Shown: positions 1 through 12,436 of the stretch, in pieces
How positions within the stretch are numbered: position 1 is the stretch's first letter
Layout: the number at the start of each line of letters is the position of its first letter
NCBI RefSeq assembly: GCF_026210795.1
Contig: NC_089435.1
Span: 620,001-684,000 of the forward strand
DNA from: Rhizophagus irregularis
Taxonomy: Eukaryota
Length of the DNA stretch: 64,000 nucleotides
Direction of reading: 5' to 3'
Position numbers and translations under genes: made by a program
Notes under the pieces: model-generated
Told to the model about the DNA's origin: nothing
Database searches by the model: none
Seen by the model: only the letters and a program-made list of their open reading frames with translations

Positions 1-1092
1 ATTTCTTGAATTAATTTATCGATCTGTTCATTTTTGCTGGTCCGGTTTGTATAATATTTCCTTAAATAATTTTTTTGACATACTTTACACCATTTATTCC
101 ATAAATTTGTATATTTATTACCACATTTTCTGCAAAAAACTTCAAAATATTGATCTAGGTTAAGAACTATAATGTAATTCTTCATAATAGGATTTTGTGA
201 TATTCCATATATTTTATATATTTGAAATTTATTATAATATTCTATAGTCTATTAAAAAATATGTTAATAATAAAAAAAAAATTGAAATTAAGTTTATCCA
301 ACATTCACATACCTCATTTAAAAATTCGTTAGTAATATTTTTAATTAAATATTTTAAAATAACTGTTTTATTTGCTGAATTTCTTGTATATTCGATTTTA
401 TAAGCGTGATCATATGTTAATGGACCATCCTTCCATCTTGCTGAATATGTTGTACTGTTTAATTCTTTAATATCATTAAACTGATTATATTGTATCCATT
501 CAATTATCGTATCGTTATAATCATTAATTTTTAATTGCATTTGCTGAATAAAGTTATTAATCTGTTTGTTTTCAATAGTACAAGTTGTGAAATATTCTTT
601 TAACCAATTTATTTGACATGATTTGCACCATTTAACATCTGTATATTTATTAGTACATTTATTGCAAAAATATTCAAAATACTGATCACTATTAAAAACT
701 ATAATATAATCCTTTGTATTCGGATTTTGAGATATACCACATATTGCAGCTTTATCATAATATACTCTACCCTATTAAAAAAAGAAAAATTTAATAAAAA
801 TAATTGAAGTTAAATTTACAGAAAATTTACATACCTCATCTAGAAATTCATTGGTGATATCTTGTGAATTAACTAAATATTTTAAAGTAACCGATTTATT
901 TTCTAGATTCCTAGTATATCTTTCTTTATTCCAAACCAATGGACCATCCTTCCATCTTGCTGAATATGTTTTATTGCTGAATTCTTTAATATCACTAAAC
1001 TGAAAATATGGTATCCATTCAAATATTACGTCTTTGTAATCATTAATATTTAATTGCATTTTTTGAATTAATTTATCAATTTGTTTATTCAT
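1..1092 (-). CDS. 5' part of a kinase-family gene made of tandem degenerate modules (CxxC-WCxxC knuckle + EWIxY/SARWKDGP N-lobe-like segment); runs off window start
   Basis: In-frame splicing 1092-835, 771-313, 248-<1 with GT-AG introns; module repeated (EWIPY..SARWKDGP..FLDE / GISQNP..CNKC..WCKSC / EWIQY..SARWKDGP / GISQNP..CRKC..WCKVC). Confidence 0.75.
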
Positions 1093-1269
1093 TTTGACAT
1101 ATAAATAATTATATGAATAAGATTTCCAAAAAAAATGCAAGTGCTAATACAATAAATGAATTTCGGCTTTTATTGTCATTTCGTATAACATGACATTAAT
1201 GAAGTTTGATATATGTAACATCTCACGAATTTGCCGATCATTTGCCGATCATTATTGATGACTTTTACA

Positions 1270-1650
1270 TAAAAATTCTACAGATCACGCAAGATAAAAT
1301 TATTACAGAAATATGATATATATACATATATTTTTGCAAAAATCGAACAACTTACTGATGATTTGGCATTGTTTATTAAATTTCATACCATTAATTTCGC
1401 AGAAAAAATTTATTAAATTTCATTATTTTGTAGAAATTTAATGGCGTAATATTTTACGCCTCATAACCAAAAAAAGAAAAATATTTTACGTTTTTTTTTT
1501 TAATTATACAAATTTGATTGTCATATTTAATGAATAGATCGTTAAATTTAATAAATTTTGTGACACAATTTGTATATTTATTTGTGGCACAATTTATATA
1601 TTGATTTGTGGCACAATTTGTATATTGATTTGTGACACAACTTACATATT
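1270..1650. repeat. Dispersed repeat, inverted relative to the copy at ~6310-6580
   Basis: aaaaattctacag...cttactga...aatttcgcag...aatttaatggcg and ttgtgacacaattt units match the reverse complement of 6310-6580. Confidence 0.75.
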
Positions 1651-3928
1651 CAGTAAAAAACAGACAATAACTTTTCCCTATTTGGTAATTTGTTGTACTC
1701 TTTAAAATACTGTATTACAATTTTTTTTATATTTTTTAAAATAAAGTGACCCATAAACTCCCGGGTAAACGATCAACAAAACACTTGCAACGTATACTCT
1801 TTTTTGGTTGTGATCAACATGAAAACTTTGCGAATTTAATATCTTGATTATTGGATTTAGGAATAAGAATAATGAATCCTAAATCTAAAAGTTTAACGCC
1901 CACCCCACCCCATTCCTTGTGAATGGGAAACATTTATATATTTTTTCATGAATCAAAAAAAAAATTTTTAATCTATGTTACGCAAAATTTCAGATGATGT
2001 GTGGTTTAAATAACAAATAAAAATAATAAATAAATCATGCTTCTGAAAAAAAATTCCAAAATAGATTTTTTTCACAACCTCCTTTATTTTATTATCAATA
2101 TTATTTTTACATTAATTAAAATATTCTATCAAAAAATATTTTCTCATATCAAATTCATGCAGCTTGCATTTTTTTTTTCTTTGATTAAGCCCTGATTATC
2201 ACTCATCATAGTATAAAAAACTTGATATGTTTTTCCTATTTTGTATTTTACTGTGCATTGTCATACAATTCTTTTAAAAGTCCACCTTGTGGCAGTGCCT
2301 TAATTATTAAAACCCATTGTAAATAAAAATGCCAAGCATGAGGTGTAAGTATTTTTTTTTCTTTCTTTCATACAACCAACCTGCTTTTTACTTGTAAGTT
2401 ATATGGGTTTATTTCTTTTTTTTCTATTTTTTTTTAATAACATCTTTTTTTTCGTATGATATTATATAATATTATTTTTCATGGATAAATAACATGAAAA
2501 AAAAATTTTCTTATTTACTAAATGTAAATAAAATATAAAATATGTATTTGTATTAAAAATGATAGTAATGATGAAAAAAAATTTCTATGAAAGAATTTAA
2601 AAAGGGTATATAAAAAAAGTACTGCCTGTTCAATTATTCACTTTCTAACAGAATTCTGCTAAAATCTCAACAATTACCTACGTACATGATTCTACAGAAC
2701 GTCTGGCTCAAGATTACATGGTCAAAGAAATCATAGCAGTTTCAAGAACTGATGATAATGATGTGACCAAGGTCATTTCAAGGCTTTTATTCCATCTGAC
2801 TGAAATATATCAACCCAAATTGACAATTTTGAAACATCATATTTTTAAAAAAGAAAGTTTGTGGGATGTTCTGGGTGACTATCCAAATTTTTCAACATGT
2901 GAATGATTATCTCTTCCTTTGCTGATTTCACCTCTTAATAATGAAGATAGATAGGCAACAGGAACTTCAGAATTTCCTCAGGTAAAGGAGAGAAGGGAAG
3001 GAAACCTGGTAGTAGATTTCTTACATGCTTCATAGGTAGGAACTCTTAAATTGTGAATGTTTGGGTTGAAGGACAAGAAAATGTTGAGTATGTGTAGTTG
3101 TAAAGGGTAAGTAATTGATGGTCGTGATATACAGTAATCAAGAAGCTTTTTCAGGAATTTATTGATTTTTACGTCTTAAACATAATAAACAATAAGTAAT
3201 GACTCTAATATTATAATTGTCTATTGCTTACAATCTTTATTTCTATTATTTTCAATTTTTATTTTCGATTTGTCTCATAAAAACTTATTATTACAAATTA
3301 TATATACTCTAATAAATTTGATTTTTTTTAATATACTCATTTTATTACTAATAAATTAAAATAAATCAAATAATGCACTACCTCTGACATAAATTGTCGA
3401 TCCACAACTTTTTTTATTAATACTTTCATATTAAATTTTCGTAACCTTCCTAGTATAATGTGCGTGACGTGAGTACTGGTGATAAAGTACTGGGTAGTTA
3501 ATTATATGGATTGGCAATCCAAATTAGAATCTACAAATTTTAATATTTATATCATATCTTTCTCAATACGTACTGACAATATTTAAGTAAAAAAAAATTT
3601 TACATAATAAAATTTTTTTTATTGACGCTAGATCTGTGGTACAAACAATAAAAAATGAAAAATACAATAAAAATAACAAAACCGAAAATACAAAACAAAA
3701 ATACAATAAAACAAAACTCTTTTTTGAAATTTGCGTAAAAATCCTTTAACGTTAATAAATGATAATAAAAGAGGGTAAAAGATCAAACTTTAATGAACCT
3801 AAATATTTAAAAAATTTTCATCAATAATGATTATATGTCACGTGAATTAAATCTCATTGGATCGCTAGTGTAGATCATCATGTGGGATCGAAATTTTAGC
3901 TGGCCATGCCTTCTTTCAGCAAATGGTA

Positions 3929-6042
3929 TTATTTCCTAATGGGAGTAAGACCAAATTTATTTAATAAATCATTACTCATTAAACCTTGAGGGTCAAATCT
4001 ACTGATTTGTTGAATAAATAATTCAACAGCATCTTGATCAAAAGAATGAAGAAGATATTCCCGATCTAGTTCCGGGTCTAAATATTGCCCCCAATGAAAT
4101 CTAGCATTATATTTTAAAGCTGTAGCAAATATTGGTTTATAAACTTTTTCATAATAAGCAATTTCCGTGTTCTAGAATATATAATTATCAGATAAGTATA
4201 AAGAAAATTATAAATCACTTTACAAAAAAACGATACCTGATACTTACATATACTAGGATCGGCATTTCAACATAGCATCTTGGTTCATCATTCGTATTAT
4301 AACCCATAGACATATACTGAGGAGAAGCGGCACTAAATCTTACGGCAATGGGACCGTTAATATTATAATTAAAATTAGTTCTTATTTCTTGTAGTGTTTC
4401 CCTTATAGCATCAATGGCCTTAATATGATTATCATCTTTCATTGAGAATGAACATTCCATAGCAATAACTTTGAAATCATTAACAAATCCAACCGAATAA
4501 ATCAAATTATAATCATCAACTATAGGAACACTATTATATTGAGTTTTTAAAGCATCTTCTATCATTGAAGGAACAATCCCTGGAAATAAATTTAATAATA
4601 GAAATAATATATGACCAACATCAACACTTAATTTAGTAGCAAGTTCTTTAATCATTGGAATTTCTGAAACTTCTTGTAACCAATGCTTTAGAGGCGATTT
4701 AGGATAACGTTGTTCATCATCTTTTGTAGCAAATTTTCTTCTTGTTATAAGAGCATAATGTGTATAGGGGCTAATCCATACTTCTGCGTTACGATATTTT
4801 AAAATATCATTTTCGTTGTAAGGTTGTTTTGATAAGATAGGCTTAACATCTTCCCAAGTTGATTCCTCCCTCATCGAAAGTATTTTGTAAAATGGTATTG
4901 AACTGATGGTTACCTGATATACGACCCCCATCGCTCCTAAATTTACTACGCTTGCATTAAACACATTATCTTCTTGAATTAGTTGAATATCTGGATGTTG
5001 CTTTGAAAATGATTCAGGATCCGTGATTCCATTTGCTGGTTCGATTCTATAAATTGTCCCTCCTGGTACAACAAGATTAACTGCGACTACAAAAGATGCT
5101 AAAGGTTGAAGCATAATTCCACATCCATGTGTAGATGTTGCATTACATCCAACTACTGATAGGCCATCAAATCCAGGTAAAATATATAAAGCTCTTTCAT
5201 CCTTTTTTAATTCATTCACAATTTCAGCAAGAGTAGTTCCACATTTCACATCATAATAAATATTATCTTTGTTTTCTTCCTTCAATATATTTGAATCCGT
5301 TTTGGTCACCCCACGATAATTATTGGTGTATAGAAGAAATCCGTTAGTTTCAGTAATCTCACTATAAAAAATGGACGGGTTAAAATATAATTATTGTAAA
5401 AATTGAAAGAAAAGAAGTAATTTTGATATTTTACTTGAACGCTTCAAAAGTTCCTACAGCCTTAACAGGTTTCTTTTTACTACCAGATTGTTTCATAATT
5501 TCTACGAGACTTTCCAATGATGTGATTTCTTCAACGTCAGCTTTGAACTTTATATTACCAAGTTTATTCGTCACTACCTCTAAATTCGAAAATTTAGAAA
5601 TTAACTTAACCATTGGTGCGACAGAATAATTATACAACTTCTTGAGAAAGTCATCATAAGAAGCTTTAATAAAAAAACTTGGTCGTGATTTGCCGTATTT
5701 ATCGAGATTGTGTCGATGAGCATTCTTAACCAATGATTCTATTTAAACGGTATATGATTTTTTTTAAAAAAAATTGAAAATAAAAAAAAAAAAGATTTTC
5801 TTTATTGCATATGCCATATGATTATATGATACCTAATTTCCTTTTATTCTCATCTTTTTCTTCATAAATTTTCGATAATTCTTTTAAATCCTCCCCATTA
5901 TAAAAATTTTCAGCTTCAGGTATCTGTTTGTTAAAAGAAAAAAATTCACTAAATCATTCTCATATGTTCATATATTATTACTTTACGAAAAAAATCAGAC
6001 ATTTTTTTAGTATTTGAATAAAAAAAGAAAAAAACCTACCAT
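3929..6042 (-). CDS. FAD-linked oxidase, aldonolactone oxidoreductase (ALO/GULO-like) family, ~584 aa
   Basis: Exons 6042-6040 (ATG only), 5923-5833, 5738-5435, 5361-4248, 4171-3929 splice in frame; motifs [51 protein letters not shown]. Confidence 0.85.
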
Positions 6043-6309
6043 TTTTTCTATTCAATTACACACAAAAGTGTCGACTTGAATTTTTCGGCTGATCTTTTAG
6101 CTTAAAAAATTGTTTGTTTATTGCGTGATCATTGATCAGCCTGTGCTACATGCAGATTTGATTGAGTTAATTTCACAAATATGAAATTTCATATGAAATT
6201 TCAATCTTACTCATTAAGATTAGCCTAAATGAACACACAAGGTAATGCATAATACATGCATTTATGTCATTTTAATACTAAAAAAAGTAATAAGTGTATC
6301 ATAAAATTT

Positions 6310-6580
6310 AAGCCAACAAATTAATATACATATTGTGTCACAAATTAATATAAATTGTGTCACAAAATTTATTAAATTTAGCGCCATTAAATTTCTACCA
6401 AAATTACGAAATTTAATAAATTTTCGCTGCGAAATTAATGAATGAAATTTAATAAACAATGCTAAATCACTATTTATATCAGTAAGTTTTCTATTTTTGC
6501 AAATATATATATATTTATATATCACATTTTTGGAATAATTTTAGCTTGTGATTAAATGTTCCTCTGTAGAATTTTTTACA
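6310..6580. repeat. Dispersed repeat, inverted copy of ~1270-1650
   Basis: Direct sequence comparison by eye. Confidence 0.75.
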
Positions 6581-7751
6581 CCCCATTCGCCTGATCTAAA
6601 AACGCATTAAATCATACACAAACATCATTTTCTTTTAATACAATCTATAAACGCAAATTAATTTTAAAGAAATCGAAATAAAAAATATTTTTTTTTTTAT
6701 CTTAAAAGAAATCATCTCTTAATTGGATGGGTTTAAAGTTGAATAGAGGAGAAAATTTTAGAAATCACGACCACTTTATCTCATTATTCTATTATGTACA
6801 TCGAAATCCTATTCTAATATTTATAATTAGTCATTATTTTTTACAATTTTTCAAGCGAATCTAGACCTCCAATTATATTAACCATACTTATACTGACTTG
6901 ATTTTAATATTTTTGTGAATCTTTATCTTTAGAAAAACAAAACTTTAAAAAAAATGAAAATCAAGTAGAGTATTTGTTATTTAAATAAATAAATAAAAAA
7001 CTTCAAAAAACGGGGGAGTGTTAGAAGCTACTAAAAAAAAACAGGATAAAAAACCATGGATTAAAACAAAAGTTTTACGAAAAATAAATAGAAAGAAAAT
7101 ATTTTTTAAAAAAAAAATAAACGAAGAAACTTTTTAGAAAGGGAGAGCCTGACGAAAATAAATTTTTTTTTAAAAAAAAAAGGAGGGAAAACAAAAAAAA
7201 AAAGAAAAAAAATTTTTTTAAAAATAAACGCGGGAGTGGGGAAATAATTTTATAATTTTTTTAAAAAGGAGTGCAGATAAGATTATTTTATTAAAAAAAA
7301 AAAAGAACGGAGGGGTGAATAATAAAATTTTAAAAAAAAACTTTTAAACGAAAAATAAACGAAGAAACAAGGAAATAAAGTTTTTAAAAAAACTAAAGAC
7401 TTTTTAAAGAAAAAACATTTTCTAATATGTTTTCCATTTTCTTTATTTATTTTTGACTGTACTTATACTTCCTGATTTTACAATTTTCACTTCTGCAAAT
7501 AGATAATTCGATTGAATTATTTATTCCGAATTTCACACGTACATAACTTAACTAATTTATTCAGTCAAGAATGACAATATTAAATTCAGTAGTTATCGTT
7601 CTACATTATTTTAACTATACAAGAAATTAAATAGTCTGAATAAAAATGGGGATGAGATAAAATGTGTCCCAACTTTAGAATTACGGTAAACATAATAATT
7701 TCTTCTTAAATTTTTATATTCTGTATTAAAAAATATTAAAAATACCAAAAA

Positions 7752-8053
7752 TGGTTTGGTACGAAATCTCGAAAATCATTTGAGTGACTGACACAAGACC
7801 GACAACAAAATCTCGAAAATCCAATATCTTGACAAGTCAAAATCCTGACAAGTCAAAATCCCGACAAAATTATAACACACTTAAACTAAATATTACATAT
7901 TGCAAAAATTATTTTATTAGAACACACATCACAAAATTGTCGATATAATGACTCGTCGGGATTTTGGATTGCCGAGATTTTGGATTGTCGAGATTTTGTT
8001 TTCGATCTTGTGTTAGTCGTGCAAGTGACTGTCGAGATTTTGATCGGATACCA
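7752..8053. mobile_element. MITE with long imperfect terminal inverted repeats
   Basis: tggt..aaatctcga..gactgacacaagaccgacaacaaaatctcga is mirrored by tcgagattttgttttcgatcttgtgttagtc..tcgagatttt..acca; TSD not clear. Confidence 0.75.
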
Positions 8054-9519
8054 TTAAAAATAATTACATATAATCGTTTCATTTGTTATTTATGATTAAT
8101 AAATTAATAAATCTTCGGGCTTATTTTATAACAAGCTCGAAGAAAAATTCCATATTAATATCCAGCTTTATCTTAGAGTGATTTAGAAACAAGGTAAAGT
8201 ATGGTTATAACGTCACTACTTTAATAATATTTTTAATTGTCTTTTATAACAGCTCGATTAACGATGTTCAAATCCACAAAAGAGATAACCACCTAAGCAA
8301 CGACAGTGCGCTTATTACATGCAAGACAAGTCAGAAGACTAGAGTCCTTCTTTCATTTTTAAATTCTGCAAATATACTAGGCTTCGTGCAAATGTTAATA
8401 TAAACGAAATAAAGAAAGAAAATGCAAATTCTAAAACAAAAGAAACTATACTAATAAGAATTAAAGAGTTAAAGGGAGTTTCCTTGCGGTGAACGCAGTA
8501 TACAATTCCACTGCACTCACCCCTGCATTATTCTTATTTCTATTTACTAGGGTTACTACAGATGTCGTGCTTTGTAACGGCAAAATTGAAGAAAATTTTG
8601 GCCAGAACTATAAAAATCTTAATTTCTGTTAGATGCGGATGGTGTTGAAATATTTTACTGCAAAATAATCTTTTGAATTTCGGATTTGTCGATGAGAAGG
8701 TGACATTCGAATTTTGATATTTTGATATTTTAAATTTTGTGATATTATCCAGGAAATTTTGAAAATCCTTATTGAAACAGTCGCTTCTTATTTTCCTAAA
8801 ATAAGACTATAACTATTATAGGGCGACAAAAAGTGGTAAAAATAGTTTACATATTATCTCAGCGGTCGGATTAGTAAATCGTGATTCTAAAATTTTTTTT
8901 TTATATTTATATATATATTGGCTAGTAAAATGATGATATTTAATATCATGTGATAGTTTGCAAAAAAAAAGTTTGATCCAGTACAGAAAGTTAATGAGTC
9001 ATAAACGTCATAAGTCTATAGATTTACGAGTTCATACATTCTTTTTAGGATATAATAATATTTACCACAAATTAATTATATTAATAAGAATTGCGCTGTA
9101 ACAAAAAATTTTTAACATATGAAATGGGTGGCCGGGTCGTGAAGCACAAAATGTTAAATATTAAATTTATTGATTGAGAATTTTTGTTTAAAATAAAAAT
9201 TTGAGTAGCCGTGTCATACAAATTCAATTTTAGATCCCTTTGCTGGTTAATTTTAATAATTTTTTTTAGCATGTAATAATTTTTTTATAAAAATTTAAAT
9301 TTAAATTCGATATAGTGAATTTTCAGAATATCGAACTTTTTCGCTGTATTAGACAACAGATAAGCCGGTTACTTTTAGTGAACTGATCGAACTTCACTAC
9401 CAATTAGAAGCATGAATTTTAAATTCTGGTCAAAATTAAATAAAAAAAAATTATTTAGAAACTAAGTATTTCTTAACTTCTGTATATTGAAAAGCTAATT
9501 AGGCCATGTGATTGTGATC

Positions 9520-10110
9520 GTATGGGTATTGAGTGTAATGCAAAACGCTTTAAACGAAATTTTAAATCATGGACTAGTGGTAATAATCATATTGATAAAC
9601 TTATTCGAGTTAATCAGTTATCGTTATCATATTGTTATCTAAGTAATGTGATGGAATGGATACCTTAAGATAGACTTTATAATATTAAATACATTGTATC
9701 TGGAAAAGTGTATAGGGCAAATTGGATTGATGGATATATACGTTATTGGGACCATAAAAATCAAAATTGGAAAAGAATAAGTCAAAATATGTTTGTAATT
9801 CTGAAAATTTCGAATAATCTAGCAAATATTACATCAGTATATATAAATAAGGTATAAAAAAAATTATTATTTAATGAAACTTTGAAAGATTTAGGTCTTA
9901 CTAATATACTTTATGTATATATATTACATTTGCAGATTGCAATGAACAACGAAGTTTATGGAATAACCCAAAATCCAAAAACAAAATGTTATATGGTGGT
10001 CCTGAATGTAAATATGCTATTATATATGTATTGCAAAACATTTTCAACAAAATTTTGAGAATTGGACTAGTGGTAATAATGTTATTGATAAATTCATATA
10101 AGATGCTCAG
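9520..10110 (+). pseudogene. Degenerate TKL-kinase N-terminal modules
   Basis: CNAKRFKRNFKSWTSGNNHIDKLI, MEWIP*(stop), GKVYRANWIDG, YGITQNPKT, NWTSGNNVIDKFI; stops and frameshifts present. Confidence 0.75.
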
Positions 10111-11159
10111 CTAAATTTTGGCTATGAAAATTCAATTCATCATAGGCAAATAAAAGGCGGCCTTTTTTATCTTTTTTTGGATCAAATCGACCAACAAATT
10201 GAAAAAATTCCGTTGGTATTGTATGTCAATGTCTTATGACCACATTTATCGATATGCCACAAAGCATCTGATAATTCTCTAACAAATCTTTTTCCTATAG
10301 GTATAGCATCATAAGACCATCCACCTCTATGAAATGATATGTAAGAAATAATGTCTAGTTTTAATTGCGTGATCATTTGTTTTTGGACTTTGTGAAAAAT
10401 CAAAAATAGGTAAATGACGTTCTTTAATAGCATTTTTTACATTTTTTAATATATCAAACGCGTTAACTGGTTGTGAATTATTTTCATCCGAAAAAAGTTT
10501 TATGTGAAATGTAAAAAGATTACCAAATATATTAATAACATCATTAGCTATACATTCTAGTTCAATTTCATCACCAGTTTGTTTTTTTGATACTGAACAG
10601 CGTACTATTATCTTTTCTATTACTTTTTCTTTTAGCTGCGGAACATAGTTTTATTGTTTTCCACAAAAACAACGTTATGTGGCTATGTAAATTTCTTGCT
10701 TTTGTGGCAGGCATATTTTCTTTGTGTAAAAAATCAAAATCAAAGTATGTGAGAAAGAGTGAAACGTTACTTATGATATAATATTGTTGATCATCTAATC
10801 AATAAATGGCAAATTAAAATTTAACAAATAAAAATAGAAAATAAATATATATAATCTTGGTTTCTAATATAAAGACTTTTTATAAAATATTTATTATCTT
10901 AAATAATATATTTTATGTTAATAATAAAAGTTATAAAGTGAAACGTTTGAGGAGTGTGAAAAATTAGTACAGTGTGTTGCAAAAAAAAAACGGAATTAAA
11001 AAATCGGCCATAACACCATGACGATCTCACCAAATTATACGTAAAATAGCTTATTTGAAAGATGGAAACCCATAGATTTTATCAATAATAAATTAATATG
11101 GAATTTATTTTAGTGATTTTTCTATGTATAAAACCAAAATAATTTTTATTTAACGCAAA

Positions 11160-11630
11160 TATTAATTTGGCCATAACTCGTGGATTACCTAAAATTAGTT
11201 CGGATTACTTCGGCCATTAGTTTTAAAACTGTTAAACTATAACCTATAAAAGTTTCAAGTTCCGGTCAAACCTTCTGTGGTTTCGACCGAAGCTTTAAAG
11301 TCACATATCACCAAATTACTATATGATCGGCAAATGATCGGCAAGGTGATGTAAAGCATGTCCCCCTGTTGGTTTTGGCGAAATAAATTGATTAATTTTA
11401 AAAACCTATATTTATTATATAAATTATTACAATATAATTGCAAATATAATTTCGGCCATAACTTTTGTGTTACCTAAAATTTCACTGTGTTATTTCGGCT
11501 AATAATTTTAAAGCTGTTAAACTACTATAACCCATAAAAGTTTCAAGTTTCGCCCGAAGCCTTAAAGTCCAATATCACCAAATTACTATATAATCAGCAA
11601 ATGATCGGCAAGGTGATATAAGGATGTCCT
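11160..11630. repeat. Imperfect tandem duplication, probably a DNA-transposon remnant
   Basis: ggccataact..tacctaaaatt..ctgttaa..cataaaagtttcaagtt..atcaccaaattactata..gcaaatgatcggcaaggtgat occurs twice (~11170-11360 and ~11453-11625). Confidence 0.65.
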
Positions 11631-11869
11631 GTTCAGTAAACCAAGGTAAAACCTTCATCGGCGAAATCTGCGGACTCTAACTGGTCTCTAGTTGAGTTTT
11701 GCACAAATAGTAAGTTACTTCTTCCAATGTACCGTGCGGACTATTATGATTTGGATTAATTTGAAAATGGCGAGAACAATCAAATTTACTGTTTTGATGA
11801 CATACAAATAGAGTAAACATGCAGATCAACGCACAATGCATTTTTGTCCTTCAATAAAGTACTTTTAAG

Positions 11870-12312
11870 TAGTGTTCCAATCCGATTAACCGCTATCCGG
11901 ATTTTTTGACGGATATCCGGATATTGGCGGTTATACGGATAACGGATAAATTAACGGATCGGATCACACGGATGACGGATAATAACGGATCGGATTTCTC
12001 GGATGACGGATAATGACGGATTTATAATGATTCGATCCGCCAAATCACGTGACGTTACACAATTCCAAAAAAGGAAATTTGATTTGGGAATTCTTGTTGT
12101 ACAAGGATCCAAAAAAGGAAATTCCGGTGCCGATCAGTTAATACCGGCTGGAATTATATCTTATACAAATTTTAATGGTATTAACGGATAATCCGGATAA
12201 TCCGGATGATACTTATGCGGATATTCCGGATGACGGATTTCTAATCGGATCGGATAAACGGATGGCGGATTCTAATCGGATCGGATAAAGATATCCTCGG
12301 ATTGGAACACTA
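11870..12312. mobile_element. hAT-type MITE (443 bp)
   Basis: TIR TAGTGTTCCAATCCGA/TCGGATTGGAACACTA; 8-bp TSD cttttaag/cttttaaa; many subterminal cggat repeats. Confidence 0.9.
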
Positions 12313-12436
12313 CTTTTAAATAAAAATCGAATTTTCCGTAGTACTATGGCGAATTCACCTTCTATTTAGCAGTTCATTATATAAAAATATAAATATGTTG
12401 AATTTTCCATACTCGTTCATACTGTAATATTATAAA

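Noticed and set aside
6950..7420. A-rich low-complexity tract
   Set aside because: No periodicity or boundaries I can define
10182..10780. Coding-like minus-strand fragment (GGWSYDAIPIGKRFVRELSDALW)
   Set aside because: Probably a decayed gene or transposon piece, but I cannot assign a family from sequence alone
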